Of a DNA stretch of 64,000 nucleotides, positions 29,839 to 40,120 are shown piece after piece. The stretch's first letter is position 1. Every line of letters starts with the position of its first letter. The notes below the pieces were generated by a model. That model was not told the DNA's origin and made no database searches. It saw only the letters and a program-made list of their open reading frames with translations. The translations under genes were made by a program, and so were the position numbers. Source of the DNA: an uncultured Candidatus Binatia bacterium (lineage in GTDB: Bacteria; Desulfobacterota; Binatia; UBA9968; JAJDTQ01); contig OZ244070.1 in the NCBI GenBank assembly GCA_965215605.1, positions 3,776,001-3,840,000 of the forward strand. Direction: 5' to 3'.

Positions 29839-30462
29839 ATGATCGATTTGTATACGTGGAGGACTCCCAACGGCCGCAAGGTATCCGTCATGCTGGAAGA
29901 GCTGGAGATGCCCTACAAGGTCCATCCCATCAACATCGGCAAGGACGAGCAGTTCGCTCCCGACTTCCTGGCCATCAGCCCCAACAACAAGATCCCGGCC
30001 ATCGTCGACCCGGACGGCCCCGGGGGAGGTCCCTACAGCCTCTTCGAGTCCGGCGCCATCCTGCTGTACCTCTCGGAGAAGGCTGGCGGCCGTTTCCTGC
30101 CCGAGGCATCCCGGGCGCGCTACGACGTCATGCAGTGGCTCATGTTCCAGATGGGCGGGGTAGGGCCCATGTTCGGCCAGGCCCACCACTTCCTCGGCGC
30201 CAAGGAGCAGGTCCCCTACGGCATCGACCGGTACAAGAACGAAACCCGCCGCCTCTACGGAGTGATGGAGAAACGCCTGTCCGACCACGAGTACCTGGCC
30301 GGCGAATATTCGGTGGCCGACATCGCCACCTATCCTTGGGTGGGCCGGCACGAGAGGCACCAGGTGGATCTGGCCGACTTCCCGCAGGTCAAGCGCTGGT
30401 TCGAAGCCATCGGCGCCCGCCCCGCGGTGCAGCGCGGCATGCAGGTGCCGCCGGACGCGTAG
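29839..30462 (+). CDS. Glutathione S-transferase, YfcG-like (Nu class)
   Basis: TPNGRKV, SPNNKIPAIVD, FESGAIL, and QWLMFQMGGVGPMFGQAHHF; GGAGG RBS. Confidence 0.92.
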   Translation: MIDLYTWRTPNGRKVSVMLEELEMPYKVHPINIGKDEQFAPDFLAISPNNKIPAIVDPDGPGGGPYSLFESGAILLYLSEKAGGRFLPEASRARYDVMQWLMFQMGGVGPMFGQAHHFLGAKEQVPYGIDRYKNETRRLYGVMEKRLSDHEYLAGEYSVADIATYPWVGRHERHQVDLADFPQVKRWFEAIGARPAVQRGMQVPPDA

Positions 30463-30571
30463 CATCGGAGAACACAGCTTGGATATCGTTGACAGGCCCC
30501 GCGGAGGCGTGTCAGAAACCTCCCTTACGGCTTCGGGACAGGTCCCCCCGCGTGCCTGGATCCCGATGCCG

Positions 30572-30580
30572 TGCTAGACT
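30572..30580 (+). promoter_or_regulatory. Possible extended -10 promoter of the tRNA
   Basis: TGC-TAGACT ends 9 nt upstream of the mature tRNA 5' end. Confidence 0.3.
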
Positions 30581-30589
30581 TCCCTGTAC

Positions 30590-30663
30590 GCCCCCGTAGC
30601 TCAGCAGGATAGAGCACAGGATTCCTAATCCTGGTGTCGTGAGTTCAAGTCTCGCCGGGGGCA
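30590..30663 (+). tRNA. tRNA-Arg (CCT)
   Basis: Acceptor GCCCCCG/CGGGGGC, D arm GCTCAGCAGGATAGAGC, anticodon arm CAGGA-TTCCTAA-TCCTG, and T loop GTTCAAG; CCA not encoded. Confidence 0.95.
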
Positions 30664-30674
30664 CTCCCACCTGC

Positions 30675-32660
30675 TCACGGGCCGACGACGGCTTCCAGGT
30701 ACGCCTTCCGGTAATCCGCCATTAGCGCATCGGTGTCCTCGGCAAGCATGAGGCCGATGGCGACCAGAGCCTCCATGGCGGCTCGTACCTGCTGGAGGTA
30801 GTCATCCACGCTTGCGTACCTTTCCTCCAGCGACAGGCGCGGATCGCCGTCGGCTTCACGGTCGGCGGGAGTCTGGGGGAAGGGGATGGAGGAGCCCAGC
30901 AGGCCGGCCAACTCGCCTTCCGCCAGTTCGTGGGATTGCAGATTCCATCCGGTATGGGTGGCCAGGGGGACGGTGATCCAGGGGAGGCGAACCCCTGCGA
31001 CATCGTTGCCGTCCGCATCCACTGCCGGTACGAGGATGCTGTAACCGGCCCCGTCGGCGGCGGCCCGCGGGCGGGCGTCGACGACGCCCTCGGCAACGCC
31101 CGCGCCGTAGTCGAGGAACAGTTGGCGGTTGTGAAGGCCGGTGCAGGCCGCGCCCGGGATGGCCGGGAACCCGGTGCGCAGGCTTTCCGGGGTTGCAAGC
31201 GTGCCGTCGGCGCTGCGCGGGATTCGGCTCGGAGGCGGCGCGGTACCGTCGGTGGCCCAGCGGTCCATGGCGACAATGAGGGCGCGCAGGGCCGGACCGA
31301 TGCTCAGCGGGTTGCTCAGGTGCCGGGCTTTGCCCCGTTCGGCCCGGGTGCCGTAGGGCGCGTTGTGCTGGGTGCTGGACATCAGGAACATGCGCACGCG
31401 GTCGGGCAAGGAAACGTCGTTTCCGCGCCCGTCGGTATGCGCCAGCGCCCCCCGCTTCTGCCAGTACTCGGTGGAGGTCTGGGTATGGATCACCAGGGGG
31501 TCGGTGGCGGGCCGCTTGAGGATGCCGTCGCTCCGGCCCGTCCGCGGGTCCTCCATGACGTTGTAGGCGAAGGGGAAAAGCTCCGGCTCGAGCTGGTTGG
31601 TGTGCTGCTGGCACGAGGTGACGGGGCGGGCGAACTCGTAGTTGAGGAACATCCGCCCGCCGCCGGAGGCGTGGGGCGCAATGGCGTCGAAGACCAGCCG
31701 CCCCTGCTCGTCCTCGTTGAACCCGTGGTAGACCAGGTCGCGCAGGAACCGGCCGCTCTGGGAACGGCCCCAGGCATAGGCCTTCTCGACGCCCCCGCCG
31801 CCCGCGAGGGGGTTGGGGTTGCCGGCGCCGTCCTCCTCGTCGCGGCGCAGGAACGAGACAAGATCGCGCACCGCGGCGAACCCGAGACCCAGTACCAGCG
31901 GGTCCCGCGCCGTGTACACCAGCTCGTAGATGGCGCCCGGAATGAAACCGTCCGGCAAGTGGAGATGGGACGCGCTCGGCGTGATCTCCCGTGATCCGTT
32001 CCCGCCCTCGACGGCGAACGCCCAGTCCGTATGCGGGATGACCTCCCGCTGGCCGTAGGAGCGCATCCTCACCGTCAACTCGGCCTGAGAGCTGTCGGGA
32101 TTCGCGGCGGGGTAGCTGCGGACGCGCGGATCGCCGCTCAGAGGCCAGGAACGGACGCCGGGACGGGTGACGCAGATCTCCGTGCGCACGAGCCGCTGTA
32201 TGGGCGCGCCGTGCTCGGTGGCGACGGGAACATCCAGCACCATCCCGTCCTTCCAGGGGATCAGGTCTCCCTGCCAACCCGAAGTGACCCAGGTGAAGCC
32301 CCATCGCATCAGGAACCCGTTGCCGGCGTGCTCCAGGCTCACGGGGTCGTTGCACTCTGGTGCGTCGTTGAGAAACATCAACGCCCGCTTGCTGCCGCGG
32401 TTGGGAGCCTCGTAGAGCACCCGGCCGTTCCCTCTATCCCTGTCCGCCGGCCGCAGGATATAGACGTCGCAGGAATATTCCACCGCGCCGCGCCCGTTCC
32501 GGGGCGCGTTGTCGAGGTTGACGATGCAGGCGTTGCGAGGATCCTCCGGGGCGACCTCGCCGAAGGCCTTCCCGGCCGTGATCTCGTACCCCCCGGCCGG
32601 GCCGAACTCGTGACCGCCCGCGAACGGTTGGGTGCGACTGACGACGAAACGGGTCAACAT
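30675..32660 (-). CDS. Alpha/beta hydrolase domain-containing protein (large, GxSQSGR type)
   Basis: YEAPNRG, SGWQGD, GLGFAAVRD, WGRSQSGRFLR, EYWQK, and VDADGN. Confidence 0.75.
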   Translation of the reverse strand: MLTRFVVSRTQPFAGGHEFGPAGGYEITAGKAFGEVAPEDPRNACIVNLDNAPRNGRGAVEYSCDVYILRPADRDRGNGRVLYEAPNRGSKRALMFLNDAPECNDPVSLEHAGNGFLMRWGFTWVTSGWQGDLIPWKDGMVLDVPVATEHGAPIQRLVRTEICVTRPGVRSWPLSGDPRVRSYPAANPDSSQAELTVRMRSYGQREVIPHTDWAFAVEGGNGSREITPSASHLHLPDGFIPGAIYELVYTARDPLVLGLGFAAVRDLVSFLRRDEEDGAGNPNPLAGGGGVEKAYAWGRSQSGRFLRDLVYHGFNEDEQGRLVFDAIAPHASGGGRMFLNYEFARPVTSCQQHTNQLEPELFPFAYNVMEDPRTGRSDGILKRPATDPLVIHTQTSTEYWQKRGALAHTDGRGNDVSLPDRVRMFLMSSTQHNAPYGTRAERGKARHLSNPLSIGPALRALIVAMDRWATDGTAPPPSRIPRSADGTLATPESLRTGFPAIPGAACTGLHNRQLFLDYGAGVAEGVVDARPRAAADGAGYSILVPAVDADGNDVAGVRLPWITVPLATHTGWNLQSHELAEGELAGLLGSSIPFPQTPADREADGDPRLSLEERYASVDDYLQQVRAAMEALVAIGLMLAEDTDALMADYRKAYLEAVVGP

Positions 32661-32926
32661 GGGTGGAACCTCCGGATGGCAAGGATGCGCATATCATCAT
32701 GACCTATCGAGGGCGCCTCCAACAAGTCCGGGATGGGGCGGGAGCCGGTGCTGGAAACGGCTCACGGGGCTTCAATGCCTGGACCCCGGGTCACGCTCCG
32801 GGTGACGGGGAGGTGATCCGAACGATGCAGGGCGGGGAATGTAAAGGTGCTTCATCAAAGGGCCGGAATCGGCTACGTTGGGCGTTGCATGCAAGGCCTG
32901 AGGTTCTCTTTGAGGAGGAAGTCGAC

Positions 32927-33763
32927 ATGATCAAGCCCACCGCATTGAAACGGGGCCACTACGAATGCAAATCCCTGGACGACACCTTGCCGGTGCTCAC
33001 CGATCTGCTGGCGTTCGAGATTGTTCGGCAGGGTTCCGGACAGGCGGCGGTGAAGCATCCCAATACCGACTGGGAGCTGGTGGTCCACGAGGGCGCGCCG
33101 GAGGCCGTGGACAAGCCGCATCTGCATCACTACGGCGTGCGGGTGGAGACCCTCGACGAGGTGAACGCCGCCTACGACTACATTCTGTCGCAGAAGGAGC
33201 GCTACAAACTCATGCGCGTCAGCCGTCCACACGAGAACCACTTCGCCCATTCGGTCTATTTTCGCGAGCCCGGCGGCAATGACTGGGAGATCGAGTACTA
33301 CGACCACGAGGCGGTGGTGCGGGGCCAGCGGAACGCCATCGAGCCGTGGCGCGAAAAAATGCCTGAGGAGCGGTTCCCCGGGCGCGGCTACCTGCCCCAG
33401 GCGTTGAGTCACGGCACCCGCGAATGCGACGACAAGGAGATCAGCGCGAAGTTCTACGGCGAGGTGCTGGGACTGGAGATCGCCGGCGGCGGCCGCTCAT
33501 CGGTGTACATCAAGCACTACGATACACCGTGGTACGTGGTGGTGCTGCCGGGGCGGACCCGCCACTATGTCTCCGAGCTCAACCGCTTCACGCTTCAGGT
33601 GGAGACCGAACAGGAAGTCGTGGACGCGCACCGGAGGTTCCGTACCTCGGGCAAGGACGTGGGCATCGACGAAGTGCGGGACCTGCAGGACGACAACGGC
33701 GAGGTCTCGTTCGTGTTCAGCGACCTCGACCGTAACTGGTGGGATATCTGCGCCGCCCGGTAG
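32927..33763 (+). CDS. Two-domain VOC (glyoxalase/extradiol dioxygenase) family protein
   Basis: HHYGVRV, SVYFREPGGNDWEIEY, FYGEVLGL, and FSDLDRNWWDI; GAGGAGG RBS. Confidence 0.8.
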   Translation: MIKPTALKRGHYECKSLDDTLPVLTDLLAFEIVRQGSGQAAVKHPNTDWELVVHEGAPEAVDKPHLHHYGVRVETLDEVNAAYDYILSQKERYKLMRVSRPHENHFAHSVYFREPGGNDWEIEYYDHEAVVRGQRNAIEPWREKMPEERFPGRGYLPQALSHGTRECDDKEISAKFYGEVLGLEIAGGGRSSVYIKHYDTPWYVVVLPGRTRHYVSELNRFTLQVETEQEVVDAHRRFRTSGKDVGIDEVRDLQDDNGEVSFVFSDLDRNWWDICAAR

Positions 33764-33786
33764 GGCAGGCCAAGGGGGATACGAGC

Positions 33787-34098
33787 ATGTGGTTCATTGC
33801 ACTCCGGAGTGCGGCCAAACCCAGGGAAGAGTGGAACGTGACGCTGGACGAACACCTGTCGTGGATGAAGCGTCAGCACGAGGCGGGGAAGATCGTCATG
33901 TCCGGACCGACGCCGGACCGCAAGCTCGGCATCTACCTCATACGCGCGGAATCACGGGAGGAGGGTGAGGGCATCGCCGCGGGCGACCCTTACACCGCGG
34001 CCGGCTTCTGTACGTTCGAGCTGATCGAGTGGGAGCTGCACCAAGTCATGGGGGCCGGGCCGTTCTCCATGGCGGAGATCAAGGCGCACGGCCGGTAG
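33787..34098 (+). CDS. YciI family protein
   Basis: EHLSWM, SGP, and DPY..AG motifs. Confidence 0.8.
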   Translation: MWFIALRSAAKPREEWNVTLDEHLSWMKRQHEAGKIVMSGPTPDRKLGIYLIRAESREEGEGIAAGDPYTAAGFCTFELIEWELHQVMGAGPFSMAEIKAHGR

Positions 34099-34110
34099 GG
34101 TCTTGTGAGG

Positions 34111-34890
34111 CTACAGGGCGGCGGCCGAGAACGTGCGGCGCCAGGCGAAGGCGCGCTGCTCGAAGCGGGCGATGACGCCGTACTCGATGATCAGCATTAG
34201 AATCACGAAGAGCAACACCCACGCCAGCACCTGCTCCATGTCGAAGTTCTCGAACCAGAAGAAGAACATGTAGCCGATGCCGAACTTGATGCCGAAGGTC
34301 TCGGCCAGGGCGACGATTTTCCAGGTCATGCCGAACGAGTACCGGAACGCGGACATGAGGTAGGGCATGAGCTGGGGGATGTAGACCTTCCGCACCATCA
34401 TCCGCCGGTTGGCCTTGAAGGACTTGGCCATGTCCATCAGGCTCTTGTCCATGGCCTTGGTGCCTTCCGCCATGTTCACGGTCACGAAGGGCGTAACCAC
34501 CGCCATCACCGCCACCAGGCTCCCGGTCTCGCTGAAACCGAACCAAAGCACCGCCAGGAACACCATCAGTATGGTGGGTATGGTCAGGAACAGCGGGATC
34601 AGGCTCATGAGGGAATACTCCACGGTCCTGCGGAGTCCCATGGCGAGTCCGATGCCGATACCCGCCAGCATCGCCACCACGAACGCGATGACGATGCGGA
34701 ACATCGTGATGCCAATGTGGAAGAAGGCCGTGTGGCCCTCGGGACCGAGCTCCACCAGGATGCGTCCCATGGTCATGAGGATCCGGAACGGGCTCGGCAG
34801 GACCTCCGGCAGCGTGAACAGCGAGCCGATCCACCAGACCGCCACCAGCGCCACCATGGACGCCAGACGCATGTAGGTGCGCATGCTCAT
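34111..34890 (-). CDS. NitT/TauT family ABC transporter permease
   Basis: LPSP, TM helices, EAA-like DMAKSF loop, and AETFG. Confidence 0.9.
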   Translation of the reverse strand: MSMRTYMRLASMVALVAVWWIGSLFTLPEVLPSPFRILMTMGRILVELGPEGHTAFFHIGITMFRIVIAFVVAMLAGIGIGLAMGLRRTVEYSLMSLIPLFLTIPTILMVFLAVLWFGFSETGSLVAVMAVVTPFVTVNMAEGTKAMDKSLMDMAKSFKANRRMMVRKVYIPQLMPYLMSAFRYSFGMTWKIVALAETFGIKFGIGYMFFFWFENFDMEQVLAWVLLFVILMLIIEYGVIARFEQRAFAWRRTFSAAAL

Positions 34891-35666
34891 TGGGACTGCT
34901 GCTCCAGAACAGCGAAGAACTCCTGCACCAGCTCCTTCTCCATGTCGAACAGACGCGGGTCCTCGGGTTGCCGCGGCCGCGGCAAGTCCACGGGGACGTG
35001 TCGGAAGATCCGCGCCGGCTTGGTGCTCATCATGTAGACGTTGTCGGACAGGTAGACGGCCTCGCGCAGGTCGTGGGTAACGAACAGGATTGTGGTCTTC
35101 GCGCGTTCGAGAATGTCCATGAGGTCGATGCGCATCTTGCGCGCGGTGATCTCGTCCAGATGGCTGAAGGGTTCGTCCATCAGCAGGACATCCGGCTCAA
35201 TGGCCAGGGCCCGGGCAATGGCCACCCGCTGCTGCATCCCGCCCGACAGGTTCAGGGGATAGTTCGGCTCCTGACCCGCCAGACCCACCATGTCCAGGTA
35301 CTTGGTGACACGGTCGCGCCACTGCTCGCGCGGCACCCCCTGGGCCTCCAGCGCGAAGCGGATGTTGTCCTCCACCGTGAGCCAGTTGAGCAGGCGGGCG
35401 CTCTGGAAAACGTAGCCCACGTGGATGGCGGCGTCGGGGGACTCGGCCGCAGGATGCACCGTCACGCTGCCGCCGGTCTCCACCTCGATGCCCGCAATGA
35501 CGTTCAAGAGCGTGGATTTGCCGCAGCCGGAGGGACCCACGAGGCTGGCGAACTCGCCCTCCTTGACGTCCAGGCTCACGGCGTCGAGCACCACGAACTC
35601 TTCGCCGCCGCCGGGGGCGGGGAACTTCTTTGTCAACTTGTCTACGTGAACGACGGTCGAAGCCAT
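34887..35666 (-). CDS. NitT/TauT family ABC transporter ATP-binding protein
   Basis: GPSGCGKST, LSGGMQQR, and LLMDEPFSHLD. Confidence 0.95.
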   Translation of the reverse strand: MASTVVHVDKLTKKFPAPGGGEEFVVLDAVSLDVKEGEFASLVGPSGCGKSTLLNVIAGIEVETGGSVTVHPAAESPDAAIHVGYVFQSARLLNWLTVEDNIRFALEAQGVPREQWRDRVTKYLDMVGLAGQEPNYPLNLSGGMQQRVAIARALAIEPDVLLMDEPFSHLDEITARKMRIDLMDILERAKTTILFVTHDLREAVYLSDNVYMMSTKPARIFRHVPVDLPRPRQPEDPRLFDMEKELVQEFFAVLEQQSQ

Positions 35667-35715
35667 GAAAGATACCTGTACGGGAGGTTGAGTCTGAACG
35701 CCGGGCCACGCGCCA

Positions 35716-36480
35716 CTACGTGGCCACCTGATGCCGCCACCGGAAGGCCCGCCTCTCCCAGGACCGGAATATCAGCACATCCACCAGGACCATGAAGATC
35801 ATGAAGCTCACACCCCAGGCGAGCATCAGGTCCACCCGCGTGTCCTGGAAATGAAAGACCAGCATCTGCCCGACCCCGCTGCCCACGGCGAACGCCTCTC
35901 CCACCAGCACGATCTTCCAGGACAGCGAGAGCGCGATACGCATGGACGAGAAGAGGTAGGGCATGAGCTGCGGGACGATGACCTTGCGGACGATCAGGTG
36001 CCGGTTCGCCTTGTAGACCTTGGCCATGTCGATGACTTCCTTGTCGATGGCCTTGGTCCCCTCCCAGACGTTGAGGGCGACGAACGGAAAGACGATCAAC
36101 ACCGTGGTGAATACCGGCCCGACGTCTGAGAGACCGAACCACAACACCCCCAGGAAGGCCCAGCAGATGGCCGGGAACGTCAGCAGCACCATGATCCAGC
36201 CGTCGAGGAACGCCTCCACGTGACGATGGAGCCCCATGATCACTCCGGCGATGCCGCCGATGATCATGGCCAACGTAAGACCCAGAATGATCCGCCGGAG
36301 GGTATCCCACACCACGACGTAGCTGTCGGGCTCGGAATAGAGGGTGACGGACCGTTCGAGGAGTTCTTGCGGCCCGGGCACGACAGCCGGCGGGGCGAAC
36401 ATCGATGCCGCCTGCCACAGCAGGACGAAAACCAGCAGTGTGAGGATCCCGGGCAGGAAACCGGGCTTGCCCTTGATCAT
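35716..36480 (-). CDS. NitT/TauT family ABC transporter permease
   Basis: Paralogue of 34111..34890 with DMAKVY and GEAFAVGSGVG; start codon uncertain. Confidence 0.88.
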   Translation of the reverse strand: MIKGKPGFLPGILTLLVFVLLWQAASMFAPPAVVPGPQELLERSVTLYSEPDSYVVVWDTLRRIILGLTLAMIIGGIAGVIMGLHRHVEAFLDGWIMVLLTFPAICWAFLGVLWFGLSDVGPVFTTVLIVFPFVALNVWEGTKAIDKEVIDMAKVYKANRHLIVRKVIVPQLMPYLFSSMRIALSLSWKIVLVGEAFAVGSGVGQMLVFHFQDTRVDLMLAWGVSFMIFMVLVDVLIFRSWERRAFRWRHQVAT

Positions 36481-36569
36481 AAGGAGAGCCTGTCGGAGAT
36501 GGGCGTGAAGCAGTCCGGGTCCTCGGGCCGGCCGAAACCGTGGCGAGGACCCGGACGCCGTATCGTCGA

Positions 36570-37562
36570 CTAGTTGAGAATCAGCCCGTGTTTCTTCTTG
36601 TCCGGAACGAAGTCCAGGACGCCGCGCCGTTTGGCCATTTCGAGGAAGTTCCACTGATGGTCAACGGTTTCCTTGTCCCACTTGGCCAGGAAGATCTTGT
36701 TCTTCTGCAGCCAGTCCCGGTACACGCCGGCCTCGGCCTTGTTCTTGATGCCGGTCACCTTGGCGAACTTGGCCTCGGCCTGGTCGAAGTTCTTGGGATT
36801 CCTGAGCCAGCGCATGGACTCCATGACCGCCGCGGAGAAACTCGCCGCGCGTTTCCTGTCAGCGTCAACCCACTCCCGCCAGCAAACCAGCGGGGCGGAC
36901 CAGACGATGGGCTGGCCGGTCTTGGACTTCCAGTAGTCGTTGGGCACGAACACCGAGCGGTACTTGTCGGGCTGCGACGCGGCCCGCACCGTCAGCGAGC
37001 TGATGTTGAACATCGAGTCCACGTCGCCGCGGTCCAGCAGGGCCAACAGCGCCGGGGCCGCGGCCTGCTTGAGATCTACGTCCTTCTTGTCGATCACGTC
37101 CATGCCATGACCGTCGATGATGACCGCGCGGGTGGCCTTGAAAGCGCCGGCGCCGGTGGACCAGGTGCCGAACTTCTTGCCCCGCAGGTCGCCGATGGAC
37201 TTGACCGCGCTGTCCTTCTTGACGAAGACCTCCTGCATCACGGTGAGCCCGCCCCCAATGATGACGAAATCGAGCCCCTTGGTGATCCGGGCGATCGCGG
37301 CGGTGCCGGCATACGATGAGCAGGGCACCTCCTTGGCGGGCAGCGCCGCCATGTGTCCCGCGAAGGGGCGCACGTCCACGTCCGCGTCGATGCCGTTCTT
37401 TTTAAAGATTCCGGCCATTTCCCCGGCCAGATACAGCATGGAAATGATGCTGTTCCGCCCGGCGGTGACCTTGATCTTGTGGAGATCCTGGGCCGCCGCC
37501 TCGAAGGCCAGGAAACTCACCAGCATGATCGCCAGCAAGGCTGTCCATGTGTAGCGTCGCAT
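36570..37562 (-). CDS. ABC transporter substrate-binding protein (SsuA/NMT1 type)
   Basis: Signal peptide, GIFKKNGID, SIGDLRGKK, and LDRGDVD; GGAGG RBS. Confidence 0.85.
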   Translation of the reverse strand: MRRYTWTALLAIMLVSFLAFEAAAQDLHKIKVTAGRNSIISMLYLAGEMAGIFKKNGIDADVDVRPFAGHMAALPAKEVPCSSYAGTAAIARITKGLDFVIIGGGLTVMQEVFVKKDSAVKSIGDLRGKKFGTWSTGAGAFKATRAVIIDGHGMDVIDKKDVDLKQAAAPALLALLDRGDVDSMFNISSLTVRAASQPDKYRSVFVPNDYWKSKTGQPIVWSAPLVCWREWVDADRKRAASFSAAVMESMRWLRNPKNFDQAEAKFAKVTGIKNKAEAGVYRDWLQKNKIFLAKWDKETVDHQWNFLEMAKRRGVLDFVPDKKKHGLILN

Positions 37563-37674
37563 TGTCTGCCTCCTTTAAACTGGTCGCCGGTTTCGGCAAC
37601 GAACGCTTTCCTTCTTCGGTAAACGCGGGAAACGACGAATACTAGTTCGTGCCCGGTTCTTTGTCAATGGCGCG

Positions 37675-39060
37675 TCAGGGTTTCAGATAGTCTTTCAGTT
37701 CCATCTTTTGCCACAGTTCCGGGTCCGGCTCGATCCTGGTCTCGAACTCCTTTTCCACTGGCCGGGTGGCGTCGATGACCAGGTGCGTGGTCATGGGGCC
37801 CCGGCCGGTGCGGGCCTCGTTGTAGGACACCGGATCGAGGTGCGCGCCCTTGACCCCCGGCATGATCAGCAGATCCTGGTCGGCCACCATGCGAGTGCTG
37901 ATGGCCCAGGCCACCTCCCGCTCGTTGAAGATATCCACGTCGTCGTCCACCACCACAACGGTCTTCCCGTAGTTGTCGGTGGACACGGCCACCAGGCCGG
38001 CCTGCTTGCCCTCGCCGGGGACCCGCTGCTGCAGCGAGACGTACGTACCCAGCCAGCCCATGGTGCTCACCGCCTTGAGGGTGGGGAACTGGGATCGCAG
38101 CCGGTCGTACATGCTCATCTCGGCGCTGACGTTGGGTGCAAGGTTATGCTCGAGGTGGGCCGAGTCCAGGTGATGATAGATGGCGTCCCGGCGCATGGTG
38201 ATGGCGGTCACGTCAATGACGTAGCAAGGCTTGTCGCCGACTCCGTAGTAGCCCAGGTACTCGGCGTAGGGGCCGTCGGTGGCCATGGCGGCGGCGTCGA
38301 TGGTCCCTTCGATGACGATCTCGGCCTGGGCCGGCACCGGCACGTCGACGGTCTCGCCCCTGACCACCTCCAGCGACTCCCCGAGGTAGCCGCCCATGAG
38401 GTCGAACTCCACTACCCCCTTGGCCTGGGACGCCTGCAGCACCGCGGAGTGGTGGCCGATGACCAGGGCGATCTCCATGGGCCGCCCCAGTTCCGCGCAG
38501 CGCCGGGCGATGTAGGCGCCGTCGTTGCCCGGATTGATCATGCAGCCGAGCCGGTTCCGGCCCATGACCAGGTGACGGTAAATGCCCGCGTTGGGAACGC
38601 CGGTGTCCGGCCATCTGGCGATCATGAAACCGGCGCCGATGTACTTCCCGGCATCGAGCTTCGAGTTGTGGATGATGGGCAGCACGCTCAGGTCCACGTC
38701 GTCGCCGATGAACTTCCTCTCCTTGACCGGCGCCTCCTCTTCGTCCACCCACACGGGATCCTCCCGCTGGGCCAGCTTCTTGCGCAGCACGTCGTAGATC
38801 TCCAGCCGGGTCATGCTGCGCGGGTCGCAGCCCAGTCCCCAGGCCAGGAGGTCGAAAGAGCCGAACATGTTGGTGACCAGCGGCAGCGTGCTGCCCTTGA
38901 TCTCGGGGCAATAGATCACCGGGTTGCGGCCCTCGGCCGCCAGCTTGTGCTGGATGATGCCGATCTCCAGGTAGGGGTCCAGCGGCTTCGTCACCTCGAC
39001 GTAGTTCTCGGGTCCGGTCTCTCTCACCGCCTGAAGGAAAGTTCGCAGATCGGGGTTCAC
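37675..39060 (-). CDS. UbiD-family decarboxylase
   Basis: DLRTFL, DAGKYI, NAGIYR, EIVIEG, DGPYAEYLGYY, VVVVDDDVD, and IDAT; GTG start after AAGGAGG. Confidence 0.9.
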   Translation of the reverse strand: MNPDLRTFLQAVRETGPENYVEVTKPLDPYLEIGIIQHKLAAEGRNPVIYCPEIKGSTLPLVTNMFGSFDLLAWGLGCDPRSMTRLEIYDVLRKKLAQREDPVWVDEEEAPVKERKFIGDDVDLSVLPIIHNSKLDAGKYIGAGFMIARWPDTGVPNAGIYRHLVMGRNRLGCMINPGNDGAYIARRCAELGRPMEIALVIGHHSAVLQASQAKGVVEFDLMGGYLGESLEVVRGETVDVPVPAQAEIVIEGTIDAAAMATDGPYAEYLGYYGVGDKPCYVIDVTAITMRRDAIYHHLDSAHLEHNLAPNVSAEMSMYDRLRSQFPTLKAVSTMGWLGTYVSLQQRVPGEGKQAGLVAVSTDNYGKTVVVVDDDVDIFNEREVAWAISTRMVADQDLLIMPGVKGAHLDPVSYNEARTGRGPMTTHLVIDATRPVEKEFETRIEPDPELWQKMELKDYLKP

Positions 39061-39099
39061 AAGACAGCCTCCTTCATCCGGCACGCTCCTGTAATAGTA

Positions 39100-40092
39100 T
39101 TACGTGGGACAGGACACGAGCGGCAGGACTTCCTCGACGAAACGGCGGATCTGCGCCAACTGGTCGGGCCCGGTAAAGCGCAGCACCGGCGTGCTGATGC
39201 CCATGTCCAGCCACTCCCGCAGCAACACCGCGCACTCCTCGGGGGCGCCGTAGGCGAGCCAGGTCCGGATGACCTCTTCGCTGGGCGGCGCCAGCGGGTA
39301 ATACTCCTGGAAATAGTGCTTCGACTCCTCGTAGGCCACCCGCTTGTCTTCGTTGATGTTGATCATGCCGTGGATGCAGGTCTCGAAGCCGCCCAGATCG
39401 CGCCCCTGCCGCTGCGCCACCCTCTGCATGAAGTCCCAGCGGCGGCGGAACTCATCAGGCGCCACGGCATCGGTCATGTAGCCATCCCCCAGCCGTATCA
39501 CCCGCTCCAGCGCGCGCTGCACCAGCGGGCTGCCCTCCAGAGGCCGGCGCGGGTTCACGGCGATCCAGATGGGGCAGGGGCGCTGCACCGGCTTGGGCAG
39601 GATGTCGCAGTCCTCCAGGGTGTAGAATCGTCCCTGGTGATGCACCTTGCCGTCGCTCCACAGCGCCCGCAGCAGCGCGATCCCTTCCTCCAGCCGCGGC
39701 GCGCGCTCTCTGGAGGTCTGCCCGAAGGCCCGCAGCTCGGGCTCGTGGCCGCCGCCGATGCAGGCGCCCAGCACGGCGCGCCCGCCTGAGACGTGGTCCA
39801 GGCTCGCCCACTGGATCGCCAGTTCCACCGGATGGCGCAACGGAAACGTGGCCATGCAAATGGTGCCGAGCCGCACCCGCTCGGTGCGCGCGGCGAGGTT
39901 CGACAGCATCACGATGGAATCGAGCCTGGGCTTGTGGATGAAACTGTCGCCTACCCAGACCGACTCGAAGACGCCGGACTCCTCGGCGAGGGTGGCGGAG
40001 GCGAAGAGGTCCTCCACCGTCGTCAGGCCGAACAGCACGCCCCGGTTGGGGAGGCTCAGGCCCCATCGAGTCGGCAGATCGCGCATGGTCAT
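39100..40092 (-). CDS. LLM-class flavin-dependent oxidoreductase (luciferase-like)
   Basis: SVWVGDS, AARTERVRLGT, SLDHVSGGR, and PKPVQ.P.PIWIA. Confidence 0.9.
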   Translation of the reverse strand: MTMRDLPTRWGLSLPNRGVLFGLTTVEDLFASATLAEESGVFESVWVGDSFIHKPRLDSIVMLSNLAARTERVRLGTICMATFPLRHPVELAIQWASLDHVSGGRAVLGACIGGGHEPELRAFGQTSRERAPRLEEGIALLRALWSDGKVHHQGRFYTLEDCDILPKPVQRPCPIWIAVNPRRPLEGSPLVQRALERVIRLGDGYMTDAVAPDEFRRRWDFMQRVAQRQGRDLGGFETCIHGMININEDKRVAYEESKHYFQEYYPLAPPSEEVIRTWLAYGAPEECAVLLREWLDMGISTPVLRFTGPDQLAQIRRFVEEVLPLVSCPT

Positions 40093-40120
40093 GTCGTGCC
40101 GGATCCGTAGCGGGAACGTT

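Noticed and set aside
30590-30663. tRNA-Arg as an integration site for an island
   Set aside because: No integrase nearby, and I saw no duplicated tRNA 3' end in the window.
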